From: Lytechinus pictus
Taxonomy: Eukaryota
Assembly: GCF_037042905.1 (NCBI RefSeq)
Contig: NC_087245.1
Coordinates: 22,508,001-22,572,000 of the forward strand
Length of the DNA: 64,000 nucleotides
Direction: 5' to 3'
The notes beneath the pieces were generated by a model. It was not told the origin of the DNA and ran no database searches. It saw nothing but the letters and a program-made list of their open reading frames with translations. This document shows positions 12,701-24,700 of the stretch, piece by piece; within the stretch, counting starts at the first letter, position 1; each line of letters starts with the position of its first letter. The translations under genes and the position numbers were made by a program.

Positions 12701-14627
12701 ATAAAAGTGGCAGAACTTTATATCAGAGATGTCTTTTTACCTCAATGGGGGCTCAAAAAAGGTGAATTTCCAATAAATAGGTAATAACGCAAAGGGGTGA
12801 GGGGGTGATTTCGACAGCCCGCAGAAGGGGGTAGGCTTTTTTTTGCTAGCACAAAATTATGTCGCTGATATAGTAAAGCCTATTCTTTCCTCTCTAAGTG
12901 GTTTCAAGGCAATAAAAGTGGCAGAACTATATATCAGAGACGCCTTTTTGCTTCAATGGGGGCTCCAAAATGGTGACTTTTCAACAAATAGCCCAAAACC
13001 GAAAATTAGTGGGGTAACTTCTACAGCCGCTTGAAGGAGATACGCTTTGATTTGCCAACACTTCTTTATATGTAGCTGATAGAGCAAAGCCTACTCTTTC
13101 CTCTCCAAGTCATTGCTAGAAAAGAAATTTGCTGTACTATATAGTAGAAACGCCCTTTGCCTCAATGGGTGATGCAAATTGTGACTGTCCAATAGATAGT
13201 CAATTACCGAAAATTGGTGGGGTAAATTCTACAGCCCCCTGAACATTCTGAAGGGGATAGGCTTTGATTTGCCAACACTTCTTGATATGTAGCTGATAGA
13301 GCAAAGCCTATCTTTCCTCTCCAAGTCATTGCAAGAAAATAAAATTGGCTGTACTATATAGTAGGGACGCGCTTTTGCCTGAATGGGTGATCCAAAATGG
13401 TGAAATATCCAATAAATCGGCAATATACATGATATAGAGGGGGAGGGGGGTGACTTAGACAGCCCATGAGAGGGCTAGGGTTCAATGTGCCAGTGCTTAT
13501 TTATATGTAGCTGGTAGAACAAATTCTACTTTTTCCTCTCTAAGTGGTTTCAAATCAATAAAATGGGGTGTACAATAAAGCACAAACGATTTTTGGCCTC
13601 AATGTTGGGTCCAAAACTGTGAATTTTCAAATAAATTGGCAATATTAAGCAACCCCTCCCCCCCCCCCCGAGAGGGGTAGGCTTCGATGTGCCACTTTGT
13701 ATGTAGCTGGTAGAACAAAGCCTATAAACTCTTTCCTCTCCAAGTGGTTTCAAAGCAATCAAAGTGACTGTACTGTATAGCAGAAATGCCTGTTTTTGCT
13801 TCAATGGGTGCTCCAAAAAACAGAGATTTTTCCAACAAATAGGCAATATACAACAACATGATATAGCCAAGGCCAAGGGGGGGGGGGTGACTTCGACACC
13901 CCCACCCCATGAGAGGGTCAGGCCTTGATGTGCCAACATTTTGTTTTATGTAGCTGATAGAGAAAAGCCTACTCTTAACTCTCCAAGTGGTTAAAAAGCG
14001 GAGATAATTGCATTTAAATTTTATTAAACTATACATTATACATATTATACATGTACAGTACATGTTATACGTATTAGTCTATGGAAATGCATACAAAAAG
14101 CGACATTTCTGAAATTGAAGTATTCAAGTTTGATACCTTATAAATTTGCTAAGAAGAATGATACAGAGTTGGAATTTCATCCACATGATAATAGTATGTC
14201 AATAAAGTTTTCTGGAACATTTCAAGGTAATTCATTCATTTTTCTCAGAATTATGTAAAATCATGTATTTGCTAAATTTTCAATTTTTGGGAAAAAATGA
14301 CAAAAAATGCAGTTTTCTACTTAAAATCTCAGCCAAATGACCTACTTATCCCCTATAAATAGTACCAAATTGTAGAAAATTTATTTGTCTTTCATATGAC
14401 ACTAATTTTGTGGCAATGGAATATTTATGTCAAAATCTATGTACGAAAATTCAAATGTTCTGAAAATTTGGCGGCCATTTTGAAAAAAGCGCCCTCACTG
14501 GTTAATTTTCAGGATACAGCCTGGTTACCTCATATATTCATATTCAGCGTAAAAAACTGGTCTAGAAGCACTATATGAAAATTTCTCCTTTTTCTTGTGG
14601 CACCTTGCTCAATTATAACCCGGACTA
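9758..14627. mobile_element. Giant foldback non-autonomous DNA transposon (4870 bp), possibly Academ-type
   Basis: Ends TAGTCCGGGTTATAATTG...CAATTATAACCCGGACTA flanked by CTT (9755-9757 and 14628-14630). About 690 bp of near-perfect inverted repeat is followed by ~210-bp tandem units, forward to ~12320 and reversed after it. No transposase ORF. Confidence 0.9.
10385..13995. repeat. ~205-215 bp satellite-like units inside the foldback element (about 10 forward, about 8 reverse)
   Basis: Recurring core TTGAAACCACTTGGAGAGGAAAGAGTAGGCTTTGCTCTATCAGCTAC near 10617, 11248, 11458, 11668, 11860 and 12259; reverse complement near 12503, 12890, 13100, 13316, 13737 and 13979. Confidence 0.9.
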
Positions 14628-15075
14628 CTTTGTTCAAATATTTTTTAAGGGATTGACAATGATCATATTTGGGTTCATAAGGTCAATCAAGGCCACAGAG
14701 GTATACATTCAGATATATTGTTCTTGTGATAACTGAAGAACCTGTTAAGGGATAAACTTCAAACTTGGTCCGTGTATGTGCACATTTGATAGAGAACCAA
14801 TGGTCTGATTAGAAATGAGAGGTTGCAAGGTCAAAGGTCATAGTGGTCATTAAACCTGAAATATCTCTTTCTTAAGGAGACTAAAGAACTGTTGAAGGTT
14901 AAACTTCAAACTTGAATCATGGGAGGGATATTGACCTGATTGGATTTGGGGATAATGAGGTAAAAGGTCAAAGGTCACAGACCTCATTAAAATTTTAAAT
15001 GTCCTGTTCTCATGATAAAGTAGGGCCTAAATAACATCTTTAGAAATTGTCTTCAATCTAAAGAACTGTTTAAGG
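14628..15075 (+). mobile_element. Degenerate GGTCAAAGGTCA-type (Helentron/HINE-like) element interrupted by the foldback insertion; its 5' part is at ~9650-9757
   Basis: Removing the foldback restores catcaaacTTtgttc, matching the repeated cttcaaacttg...aaggtcaaaggtca units at 14750-14980. Confidence 0.5.
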
Positions 15076-17119
15076 GTTCCACTACAGGTATGAATATAAT
15101 TGAATGAATAATTCCATATCTTTTGACACAAAACTATCAATCATGTAACTTGGGGGGGGGGGGGGTAAAGAGGAGAAAGGAGGACAATAAAGAATAACAT
15201 ATTTATAGGATTTTGTGCCATATCTCCGCTATATGTGAATGCATTAAATAGTAGGTTCCTGATTCCAACATTTTGTGCCCTGTAACAGCTCCGAAAGTAC
15301 CTTTTTATAGGCATGATTGTAGACCAGAGTGTGCAGCAATTGCAAAGAAGTATAATCTCAGAGGGCAACTATTCGAGGGGAGGCAGAAAATGCAAGAGTT
15401 TAATAGGGAGAAAAAAAGAGAAAAATCAGAATCACTATAATAATACATGAGGCAATGTACCTGAAAGAAGCTTTTGAGGGATTGAAATACCTCACTTTTT
15501 TGGAGCTTGGTCGCATTTCTCCCTCTCATACATGTGTAATAACTTTGCTTGTCAGGATCTCAAAAGATTTAACAGCATTTGTTAAAATATTTGTTTATAC
15601 AGTTGGTTGTAAAATTAGGCCTTCAGTGGTATTTTGTCAAGGAATTTGTTAATTTTATCTTTCAAACTATTAAAGAAATTGGAAAACAGTTGAACATCTC
15701 TATCGTTCAATTCAGCGTACATTCCCCCTTGCTAATTCCATAATTAGTGTAGTCAGAATGGGAGGGGGGGGGCGTAACTTCAATGATTGCCGCAGACATC
15801 ATAATGCCTAGAAATGCCAATAGAAAAGATAGTCATGCACCAAATGTGATCTTTCTCAGTGTATTAATATATTTCTTTTTTGTGTGTAAAATGCTAAAAC
15901 AATTAATGGCGACCTTATATGCCGTACACCCTTACCCATTCATAAAGGAACAATAAAACAATGTATGACTGAGGACAAGGTTCGCTCTAATATAAGAATT
16001 CATGCCTCCAATCCTTTCACTGCAGGGTGATTTGCCGTTTTTCCTTTGATCAGTGAGGGCATCACATGAATCCTTAAAAGAATAAGACAGTTGTTTATAT
16101 GAATGAAACTTTTTTGACAGATATTAAATTGATACAAATTTGCATGCTGTAACATCTGCTCATGTTCAATGAACGGACAAAGGGAGCACCATGAAAATGA
16201 AACTATGTATCAACTGAATTGTGACTGTGTACATTCAGATGTTCAGCGGATGTCTATCATGAATTGATTACAATGGATAATTACTGGCCCGCACCAATTT
16301 GATATAATATTTTGCATGGGAGATATATCTCCTCTTATCAATGCTAGAATTGTATTTTCTTGGAAATGCCGCTTTCATATTAGAATTCAGTAGGAGTATA
16401 AATCTGGGTTTAAGTTTAACCCTCGTCCATCGCATTGTATCCCAGCCTAGCAATTGAGTTTGTAAACTCTTGTTGGGATGCTTCACATGGAGTGGAGAAA
16501 GTACATACATTGTGTGCGGCGAGCAAAATCTGATATCTTAGATACAGATCGCTTTAATAGATACATCATTCTATTTTATAAAGCACTATATTTTATAGTA
16601 AAAGTTGAATATTATTATCTATTACTGTCATTATCATCAATGCTCAGTTGTACCTAAGGCATTTCTCCTTGTCCAGTTTGATGCTTGGTCAAGACAAAAT
16701 TGAGTCCAGACCAGAAGCTTAGTTATTCAATCCTGAAAGCAAGTGCTAGTTCCTTTAGTTTCTGTCAAAGGCCTACCTACTTATATGTGTACATCCTTAT
16801 CCTTTTATAAGCAATGAATATTTCATTCAAACTTTGAAAGTGAATGCAGACTTTTACATTGTTGTAGAGCGGTCTAGATTTGTTCATGTAATGTGACTTT
16901 TGCAGCAACCATGATAAAGTAGTATTACTGGCATGGGATTCCTGTTTGTATCCAATTTTCACTTGATGATGAGTTCAGGAGTAGAAATACCTGCCACGGT
17001 TGAATGGAGACATCATGCATATACCTACATTTTGCTTTGGAATTCAATATGCCAAGCTGCTCATCCACCACAGAAAATTTGGAGGCACAAGTTTTGCCTG
17101 AGTACATATGGAGTTCCCC

Positions 17120-17465
17120 TTTTTGTCTCGTCTGCATAGCAGAGTGAGGCTATTTAGGCGCTGCTTTTCCGACGGTGGTGGCGCCGTCAACATCAAATCT
17201 TAACCGAAGGTTAAGTTTTTGAAATGACAGCATAACTTAAAAAGTATATGGACCTAGCTCATGAAACTTGGACATAAGGTTAATCAAGTATTCTGAACAT
17301 CCTGCCTGAGTTTCAGGTCACATGACCAAGGTCAAAGGTCATTTATGGTCAATGAACTTAGACCATGCTAGGGGAATCAACATCAAAATCTTAACCTAAG
17401 GTTAATTTATTTTAATTTCATCTTAACTTTGAAAGTATATGGACCTAGCTCATGAAACTTGGCCA
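17120..17465 (+). mobile_element. 3'-truncated copy of the same HINE-like family
   Basis: Begins tttttgtctcgtctgcatagcagagtgaggctat and is collinear with 17663 onward. Confidence 0.65.
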
Positions 17466-17662
17466 AGATGTTCTTGATAGTCTCACAGAATGTCAATTCA
17501 AGAATTACTCCATGGTTCATTAGTTTTCAATCATTTTGTTGTGTAATTTTATGCCTCATATTAAAATTTTATAATGTTCAAAATGGTTAATGTAAAGATG
17601 TATTAAAGACAACATTCTTCATTTATTATTTTCCAAACATATTTCTTACCGTTTGAAATTCA

Positions 17663-18346
17663 TTTTTGTCTCACCTGCATAGCAGAATGAGACTATAGGC
17701 ACCGCTTTTCTGACGGTGTTGGCGGCGTCAACATCAAATCTTTCAAAAGTTTTTGAAATGACAGCATAACTTATTAAAAGTATATGGACCTAGTTCATGA
17801 TACTTGGACATTAGATTAATCATGTATTACTGAACATCCTGCCTGAGTTTCAGGTCACATGACCAAGGTCAAAGAGTAATCAAGTATCACTGAACATCCG
17901 GTGTGAGTTTCAGGTCACATGACCAAGGTCAATGAACTTTGACCATGTTGGGGGCATTTGTTGAATTACCATCATAACTCTGAAAGTGTATTGTTCTATT
18001 TCATAAAACTTGGACATAAGAGTAATCAAGTATCACTGAATATCTCACGCAAGTTTCAGGTCACATGACCAAAGTCAAAGGTAATTTAAGGTCAATGAAC
18101 TTTGGCCATGTTGGAAGTAATTATTAAATTGCTGTCATAACTTTCAAAGTTTATACATAGAGGTAATCAAGTATCACTGACAAGTCTTAGGTCACATGAT
18201 CAATACGGTCAATGAATGTAGTATTGTATCATTATATGAATGGTGTTTTTTGTGAATAATTATTTTATAGTAGTTTTCAAAGTCAGCATTGCTGCTGTAT
18301 TGAATCTCGTAATGCAGGCAAGACTGCCAGAGGTGCTCTACTTGTT
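17663..18346 (+). mobile_element. Helentron-associated (HINE/DINE-1-like) non-autonomous element
   Basis: T-run followed by the subterminal IR GTCTCACCTGCAT (17668-17680), which pairs imperfectly with ATGCAGGCAAGAC (18312-18324) near a CTTGTT end. Internal tandem units contain CAGGTCACATGACCAAGGTCA. Confidence 0.65.
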
Positions 18347-19020
18347 CAACATTTCTACCTCTTTAGTATACATGTACATGTACCTTTGTCCACAGCTTTA
18401 AAACGTTTGATGAAAATAACATGATTTCGAATGAAGTGCCAAATTATAAATACTCCATGAAAATTATGCAGATTTCAAACTTTTGATTTATGTTTTGGGA
18501 TTTGTGGACTCTTTGTCTGCATACAGCTAGTAGAAGTGAGATACAGGCACTTCATTTCTGAATGCGACGGCATAAAAAAAGTTGTGACTTTGTACGTAAA
18601 GTCTGAGGTCCTATTTGATGAAACATGGACACTGTTTAAGTTTTTTTTATTATTAGACATGTACATGTATGTCAGGTCATAAATCAAGGTCAAAGGTCAT
18701 TTGATGCCGGTGAATCTTTACCATGTCATGGAATTATCTTTAAAAAAGCTTAAAACATAAAAACATAAAAATAAGCAGGATAATGAAGGTTTAATCAAAG
18801 AAAATTTTTGAGATTCTAGACCCTATTCCATGAAACCTTAATGATTATTAAGTGACATTAATTATGTGAAAAGGCCAATTGTGCTGTATATAGGTAAACT
18901 TTTCAAATGACATTAACAATTTATTTTTGAGAACTCCCTTGCTCAACTTTTATAATCATTATTTGAAATAGCTTGTATATCTGAAGACCATGCTTTCATT
19001 TATATTTTTTCTTCTGCAGG

Positions 19021-21789
19021 ATGGCTAGCAAGATGGCAGAGCCACCACAATCCAAAGGAAATGGCCTGGACAGTAGCCAGCTTCTACCTCCAATGCATAC
19101 TTCCAGGAGGGGCCTTCAACAAGTCCTGGACCTCTTCCGTAATGCCACACCCAATCTCAAAGAGCTCCTACTTCAGGAGGCAGATATTATCTATGAGTGC
19201 AGGGTGTGCAAAGGCCTCTTTCGTGGTCTTGTCAACTTCATTGAGCATAAGAGATCCTACTGCAAGCTGCTCTCTGGAATAGACCAGCACTGTGCTACAA
19301 AGACCTTGGGTCTAAACATGAGGGACCTCTTTCCCAATGAAGATGCTGCTGCTCCTCAGGTTGAACCCCAACCACCAACTGGCTCACCTGTAAATGAGAG
19401 AGGAGTGGCCAAGAGGAACGTGGTGGCACCAATTATAAATGATCAGTCTTCTGAGGTGGGCAACACCAATGCTTACTTGATACTTCGACCTATCCCAAAT
19501 ACAACTGAAGCCATTGAACAGCAGGTGGTGAGGTCTGATCACATTATCCATCATGATGAACTGGACAAAATGAGTGTATTTGCCCCAAAGCCGGAGGGAG
19601 GGGACACATCAAAGATAGTTGGTGAGATAGCCATTCGTCAGGCAACAAAGAATGCCAAAACAACCATTGAGAAACGAGAAACTCTCCATAGCCTTGTGAA
19701 GGGTTTCCGCGGCAAAAATTCTGCAAGGAGAGAATTGTTTGAAGGAGTGGAGAGTTCTCAAGAGGCACAGGCTCATGTTGAGAAGGTGATTGATGAAGGA
19801 AGGAAGAGTGGAGCTCCAAAGAAAGTTATTTCCCTGCCTGTCAAGCAGAGCAACCCTCTGCAAGTGCCAAAAGAAAAGAATCTGCCAGGTACTGTAGCTT
19901 GCCAACCAACTGAGTGTACAATTTGTAAGAAGAAGTGCAAGAATTGGACAGCATTGGCTTGGCATATGAGGATCCATAAAAGACCTATATTCAAGTGTTC
20001 TCTTTGTCGTTACAGCTCTGTGTCAGTCTACAACTTGCGTAGGCATATGCAAACAATGCATCATCTGCCTACTGCTAGGGTTGATGAACTCCTCAGTTTG
20101 AATGTGGGACAGCAGAAAATTGCACATGAGGGCCGTGAGAAGGAGGCAATGAAGCCAGGCGAGGGTAGCTCTTTGCCAACTTGTGATATTTGCTTCAAGA
20201 CCTTTGCCAATCGACGAAATGTGCTACGACACAAGGAAATCCACCGTCGTGAGCAGCTCAGCTCTGATCTGAATCGTGGAAGTGTTCCACAGACACACTC
20301 AAGAGAAGAGATTGCTCGTAATAAGGTGTTGCAGATTATGGATGAAAAGAAACTGAAGTGCAGACGGTGCCACAAGCAGCTATCAACCATGAGGAGGCTG
20401 CAACAGCATTGCTGCAATCACTTTGGATTTAATCGATATAGATGTATGCTCTGTCCATATGAAAATAATGACTATACCCAGATGAGGAGGCACATGATGG
20501 GAAAACACGGAAGGCAATTCCGTACTATCCATCAGATCTCTGAAGCAATTCGGAATATGAAGGTTGGAATTTGGGTAAACCTTGTTCAGAATGGAAATGG
20601 CTCCAGTAATGATGAAGTCGTAAGCCCCAATCCCAGGAAATCTAAAGACTTGATTGACTCTAAAATGACTGCTGTAAAACTTAAAGGCAAATGTGCTAAT
20701 GTTATCACACCAAAGAAATTGGAGATAGAGGACACATCAGATCTCAATGGAAATGATGTGGAAATGGAAGATAGTACATTGGAAATAAAAGGTCAACAGG
20801 AAACTGGAGCTAATAAAAAGGATGAAGAAAATGAGGAAGATGAAGCAGATGAAGATGAGGAGGAAGATGATGATGAAGAAGAAGATGAGGATGAAGACGA
20901 GGGAGAAGAAGAAGAAGAAGAAGTGGAGGAGGGTGAGGAGGAGGAGGAGGAGGAAGAGGAGAAGGAGGTTGATAATGAGAAAAGAAAGGCAGCAAGTAAT
21001 AAAGAGTCAGCTAAAAATGAAGGACGATCTGGAAAATCTCAGTCAAACAAAGAGAACAAAGTTGTTCCCAAAACACCCTCAAAGCAGTCTGCAGTTAACA
21101 GTACCACTGCCAAGGATATCCTGTGGACTCCTCCAAGTAGCAATGGAGCCAGAAAAAGTCCTGAACCTACTCCAAGTAGAGATATGCCCATCAGACAAGC
21201 AAGGTTGAACCACCAAAGTGTGTCTCCCCGCAATCAAGCAGAGAAGACCCAAGGAGAGAAGCCGAGTGCTGAAAAGACCCAGCAGGTCAAACGGGACTTG
21301 ACCAAAACATCCGGGGAAAAGACAAAAGGAAGCAAAAGCGAGATGGATGAGGAGGATAAGAACGCTCTGGAACTGTTGATGGACAAGCGGTTAGTGCGAT
21401 GCCTCAATTGCAACAAGCGTTATCAGTACCTCAGCTCATTGCAGAGACATGTCCGCATTCATCTCCTTCGCAATGAGACAGGCATACCACAGTCTACTGC
21501 AACAAAGAACCCTGCAGACACCTCCAAGAAACACAATGCCATCGAGTCGCTCATCAACACCAATCTCTTAAAGTGCTTGAAGTGTCGTAAGCGCTTTGAA
21601 AGCATGAGTTCCTTGAAACGCCATGTTGCAAGGCACTTGGGCTACAGTAGCTTCAAGTGCAAATTCTGTGGATATCTGTCACGTAACTACACCTGGTTCA
21701 AGCAGCATCTTAAAATGAAGCATGCTGATCGAATCACTGATATGACTCAGATGGGTAGTCTCATAGGTAGTATGAAGACCAAAAAATGA
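19021..21789 (+). CDS. ZNF800: Zinc finger protein 800-like (922 aa, nine zinc fingers, acidic tract)
   Basis: Long ORF. The N-terminal block GLQQVLDLFRNATPNLKELLLQEADIIYECRVCKGLFRGLVNFIEHKRSYC resembles the conserved ZNF800 N-terminus, and eight more C2H2 motifs follow, plus an E/D tract at ~20821-20970. A polypyrimidine acceptor (ttttttcttctgcAG, AG at 19018-19019) lies 1 nt before the ATG. Confidence 0.88.
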   Translation: MASKMAEPPQSKGNGLDSSQLLPPMHTSRRGLQQVLDLFRNATPNLKELLLQEADIIYECRVCKGLFRGLVNFIEHKRSYCKLLSGIDQHCATKTLGLNMRDLFPNEDAAAPQVEPQPPTGSPVNERGVAKRNVVAPIINDQSSEVGNTNAYLILRPIPNTTEAIEQQVVRSDHIIHHDELDKMSVFAPKPEGGDTSKIVGEIAIRQATKNAKTTIEKRETLHSLVKGFRGKNSARRELFEGVESSQEAQAHVEKVIDEGRKSGAPKKVISLPVKQSNPLQVPKEKNLPGTVACQPTECTICKKKCKNWTALAWHMRIHKRPIFKCSLCRYSSVSVYNLRRHMQTMHHLPTARVDELLSLNVGQQKIAHEGREKEAMKPGEGSSLPTCDICFKTFANRRNVLRHKEIHRREQLSSDLNRGSVPQTHSREEIARNKVLQIMDEKKLKCRRCHKQLSTMRRLQQHCCNHFGFNRYRCMLCPYENNDYTQMRRHMMGKHGRQFRTIHQISEAIRNMKVGIWVNLVQNGNGSSNDEVVSPNPRKSKDLIDSKMTAVKLKGKCANVITPKKLEIEDTSDLNGNDVEMEDSTLEIKGQQETGANKKDEENEEDEADEDEEEDDDEEEDEDEDEGEEEEEEVEEGEEEEEEEEEKEVDNEKRKAASNKESAKNEGRSGKSQSNKENKVVPKTPSKQSAVNSTTAKDILWTPPSSNGARKSPEPTPSRDMPIRQARLNHQSVSPRNQAEKTQGEKPSAEKTQQVKRDLTKTSGEKTKGSKSEMDEEDKNALELLMDKRLVRCLNCNKRYQYLSSLQRHVRIHLLRNETGIPQSTATKNPADTSKKHNAIESLINTNLLKCLKCRKRFESMSSLKRHVARHLGYSSFKCKFCGYLSRNYTWFKQHLKMKHADRITDMTQMGSLIGSMKTKK

Positions 21790-24700
21790 ATGTAATGAAT
21801 CTGCGCTTTTCTATAAGGAACCTATAACTTTTCAACTACAGTAGGGCTTAGTGGCTCATAAAAATTCAGATTATCAAGGGTCATGTACATGTAGTTCCTA
21901 TAATGACAAAGTTACTTTAATAGTAATGGCTAACATGGACATTCATGATAGCTGGTATGGTTGGGATATCATTTTGTTGTGAGGGACATTAGCTTAATAT
22001 CAGAGTACACGTACAGTATGTGTCCATGAAAGGATTGATTTTTGATTTGATATCCAAAAAACGATTGAAAAATTCATTCAATGTTTGTACATGTATGTTC
22101 TTTCTCCAAATGTCTATGTGAGAGCTGATAATGTTCATACACAGGAACCAAATTGAGATACTACATGTAGTTATTGTTTTGGTTTTTACTTAACAGTAGG
22201 TATACATTTCAGGGCAGAACTAAAGGATTTCAGTTTGTTTGTGCTGTGGTTTAATGGGTTAGTCTTTTACACTAAACCGTGATGAGTACTTACACATGTA
22301 TACATGCACATATGCAATGCAATTTAGTGAAACATCTGACGTATTGCATAAGATCAGTCATAGGCTCAAGTTTCATATTATTGGTACTGATATATTGTGG
22401 TGTGTGTTTTTTTAACACATTGGTTCTGTGTGGTGCTCTACCAAACCTATAAAAGCTTTAATTTCATGAAATGATTTACATTTCCTATCAGAGTAATTAG
22501 CCAAAAGAATTATGGCAATGATTTTCTGATGAAGTATAGAAGTTGTTACCCAAGGCAATATGCTTTTAAAAGCTGCTGAGCTAACGTATGATCTAACCTG
22601 TTCAAAACTTGGTAGCACATGACAGAAATTTATGTACCTTTATTAAATATGCTTATGCCTGTTGTGATTTTCGTCTAAATTCTAAACAAGTATGAACCAG
22701 TTCAGATAAAACATGATGCAGCATAAGCGTGAAATCTTCACAACGAAAAATATTTATTACAAGTTGAACGATGTCTGTTGTCACATCCCAAAACTTTATT
22801 TTTTTTGTGACAAAGAAAAAATGAAAGTCCTTAAGATGACAGTTACAGCCGAAGGGATGACAGCCACATGTTTTGCTGTGTATCTGTAGTCTTGTCTTGG
22901 TTCATCTGGTTTTATTGTTTGGGAGCCACTGCACAAATAAACACTTGCCTGTACATATGAATCTGTTGCATGCAGATCTTTCTGATAGCTAGTTTTAACA
23001 AATTGGCATTGACCTTGTCACTTGTAGGTAATTTGAACTGTTTATGAGAACTCACTTGACGACAGCATGGAGGAGGAGGATTTATATCAAACATATGATA
23101 AAACTTCTTGTTTTTGAAATACATACAATTCGAGATGATACAAATATAACTCTTCAAGAGAACAAGACTATAATTGATTTGATACTACATGTACATGTTT
23201 GCCCTTAGACACAAGATGTTAATCTCATAGGCCATATTTTGTACATAAATTTGCAATTTTCTGCCTCTTAATATATGTTGTTCTTGCCAAGAATAGATAT
23301 AACCCATACAAAGTTGCAAGGCAGTCATGAAGACTTGGTTGACCTCTGTAGTCAATATATGCCACAGACAAACCTTGTTGTCTTCCTTTCATAAGGTTGT
23401 GTGTTATTGAGCGTGTCGATTCAACGCGAATGCACCAACATGTATTGCAATGCCACGAGGTCAATACTCCAGGTCTGCCAACTGATCCTATTTTCCACAT
23501 TTCTTTAATGTGTTTTTCATAAAAATATCCTTTTCTCTGCTTTTCCTCTTTTGTTTTCATCCCTCAAAATAAAGCAATTCGCTCTATGAGGTTGGCACCC
23601 CTGATATTGGTTCTGTTTTGACCTCATTAGTTATAAAAGAGGGTAAAACCCTGATACAAAGTTATATTTTTTATACAAATTTTTTTTTATATGTCTTGCA
23701 TAGTTCGCTCATGATTCATGACATTCTGCACATGTTCCTGTTTTGCATAAAGAATATTAGTTGTTATTTTATAAAAAGGCTATTCTGGGTGATAGCAGCT
23801 GTGATGGTTCTTTTATTATATCAGTAATCTCCCTTAGTTTGAATACATAACTTGCTTGCTGCTATGCAAGCAAGCTTTGGTTTTTACAGGTTGTCAAAAT
23901 CACTTTAAAAGCCCAGCTCACACTGAGCTATTACACGTAGCTGTGTATTATTGCTTTAGCATAATACAGTAACACACAGCATAATGCAGCACTTTGCAGC
24001 AAAATATTTGTTTGCAACTAGGCTTAAAGATACAAAATTTGAATTTGATTGTATGAATATTATATTTTGACAAACCTATACTTTCCAGTTTGAACATGAG
24101 AACCTTGGCTTACAGCCTGATACTTAAGAAGAGGCTGCTAGTTAAAGGGACAAACCAAAAAACCTACCTTAGTCTAGACAGGTTTGATAGAAAAAAATAC
24201 ACAAGACAATCTAATAATAGACAGAAGATATAATACACTGATACACTGGCAGGGGGGGCAATGCCGGCACGTTCCCCCCTTTTGAGAGGCACAATTAAAA
24301 AAAATGCTTTTAAATCAGAAGTGTGCCACTTTTTGAAAGTGAAGACGTTTTTTTTTTTTGCTTGTCAAAATTGTTTGTGGACGAAATGTCCTTATTTTTT
24401 ATTGTTTTTTTTCTTGGAAAAATGTGCCCCCCCTTTGGAAAATCAGTGTAGTGTATTTTGGGGGACTGCTAGACTTTGTTGGCTTTTCATAATTCATACT
24501 AATCAGATATAAAGTAGATTGAAAATTACGAGATTCGAATACCAAAAAAACTGTCTGAAAGGAAAGCATCCCATATGATGGTTTCTGTGCATGGCTGCAA
24601 ACTGTTTGTGACTACATGTATATGGTAGAATGTCTCAATAGAAATATTTTCTGTATGTACATACAAACTGAACTGTGGAGAAGCAAAGCTCAAAAGATAT

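Noticed and set aside
10385..13995. Regularly spaced repeats as a CRISPR array
   Set aside because: Whole ~210-bp units are homologous with no unique spacers, there are no cas genes, and the context is eukaryotic.
10293..14063. ORFs of 60-177 aa in the foldback element as a possible transposase
   Set aside because: They derive from tandem units and mirrored arms, with no DDE, helicase or DNA-binding motifs and frequent frame breaks between copies.
19061..21416. Overlapping alternative-frame and antisense ORFs within ZNF800
   Set aside because: Shadows of the real CDS and its GAA/GAG acidic tract.
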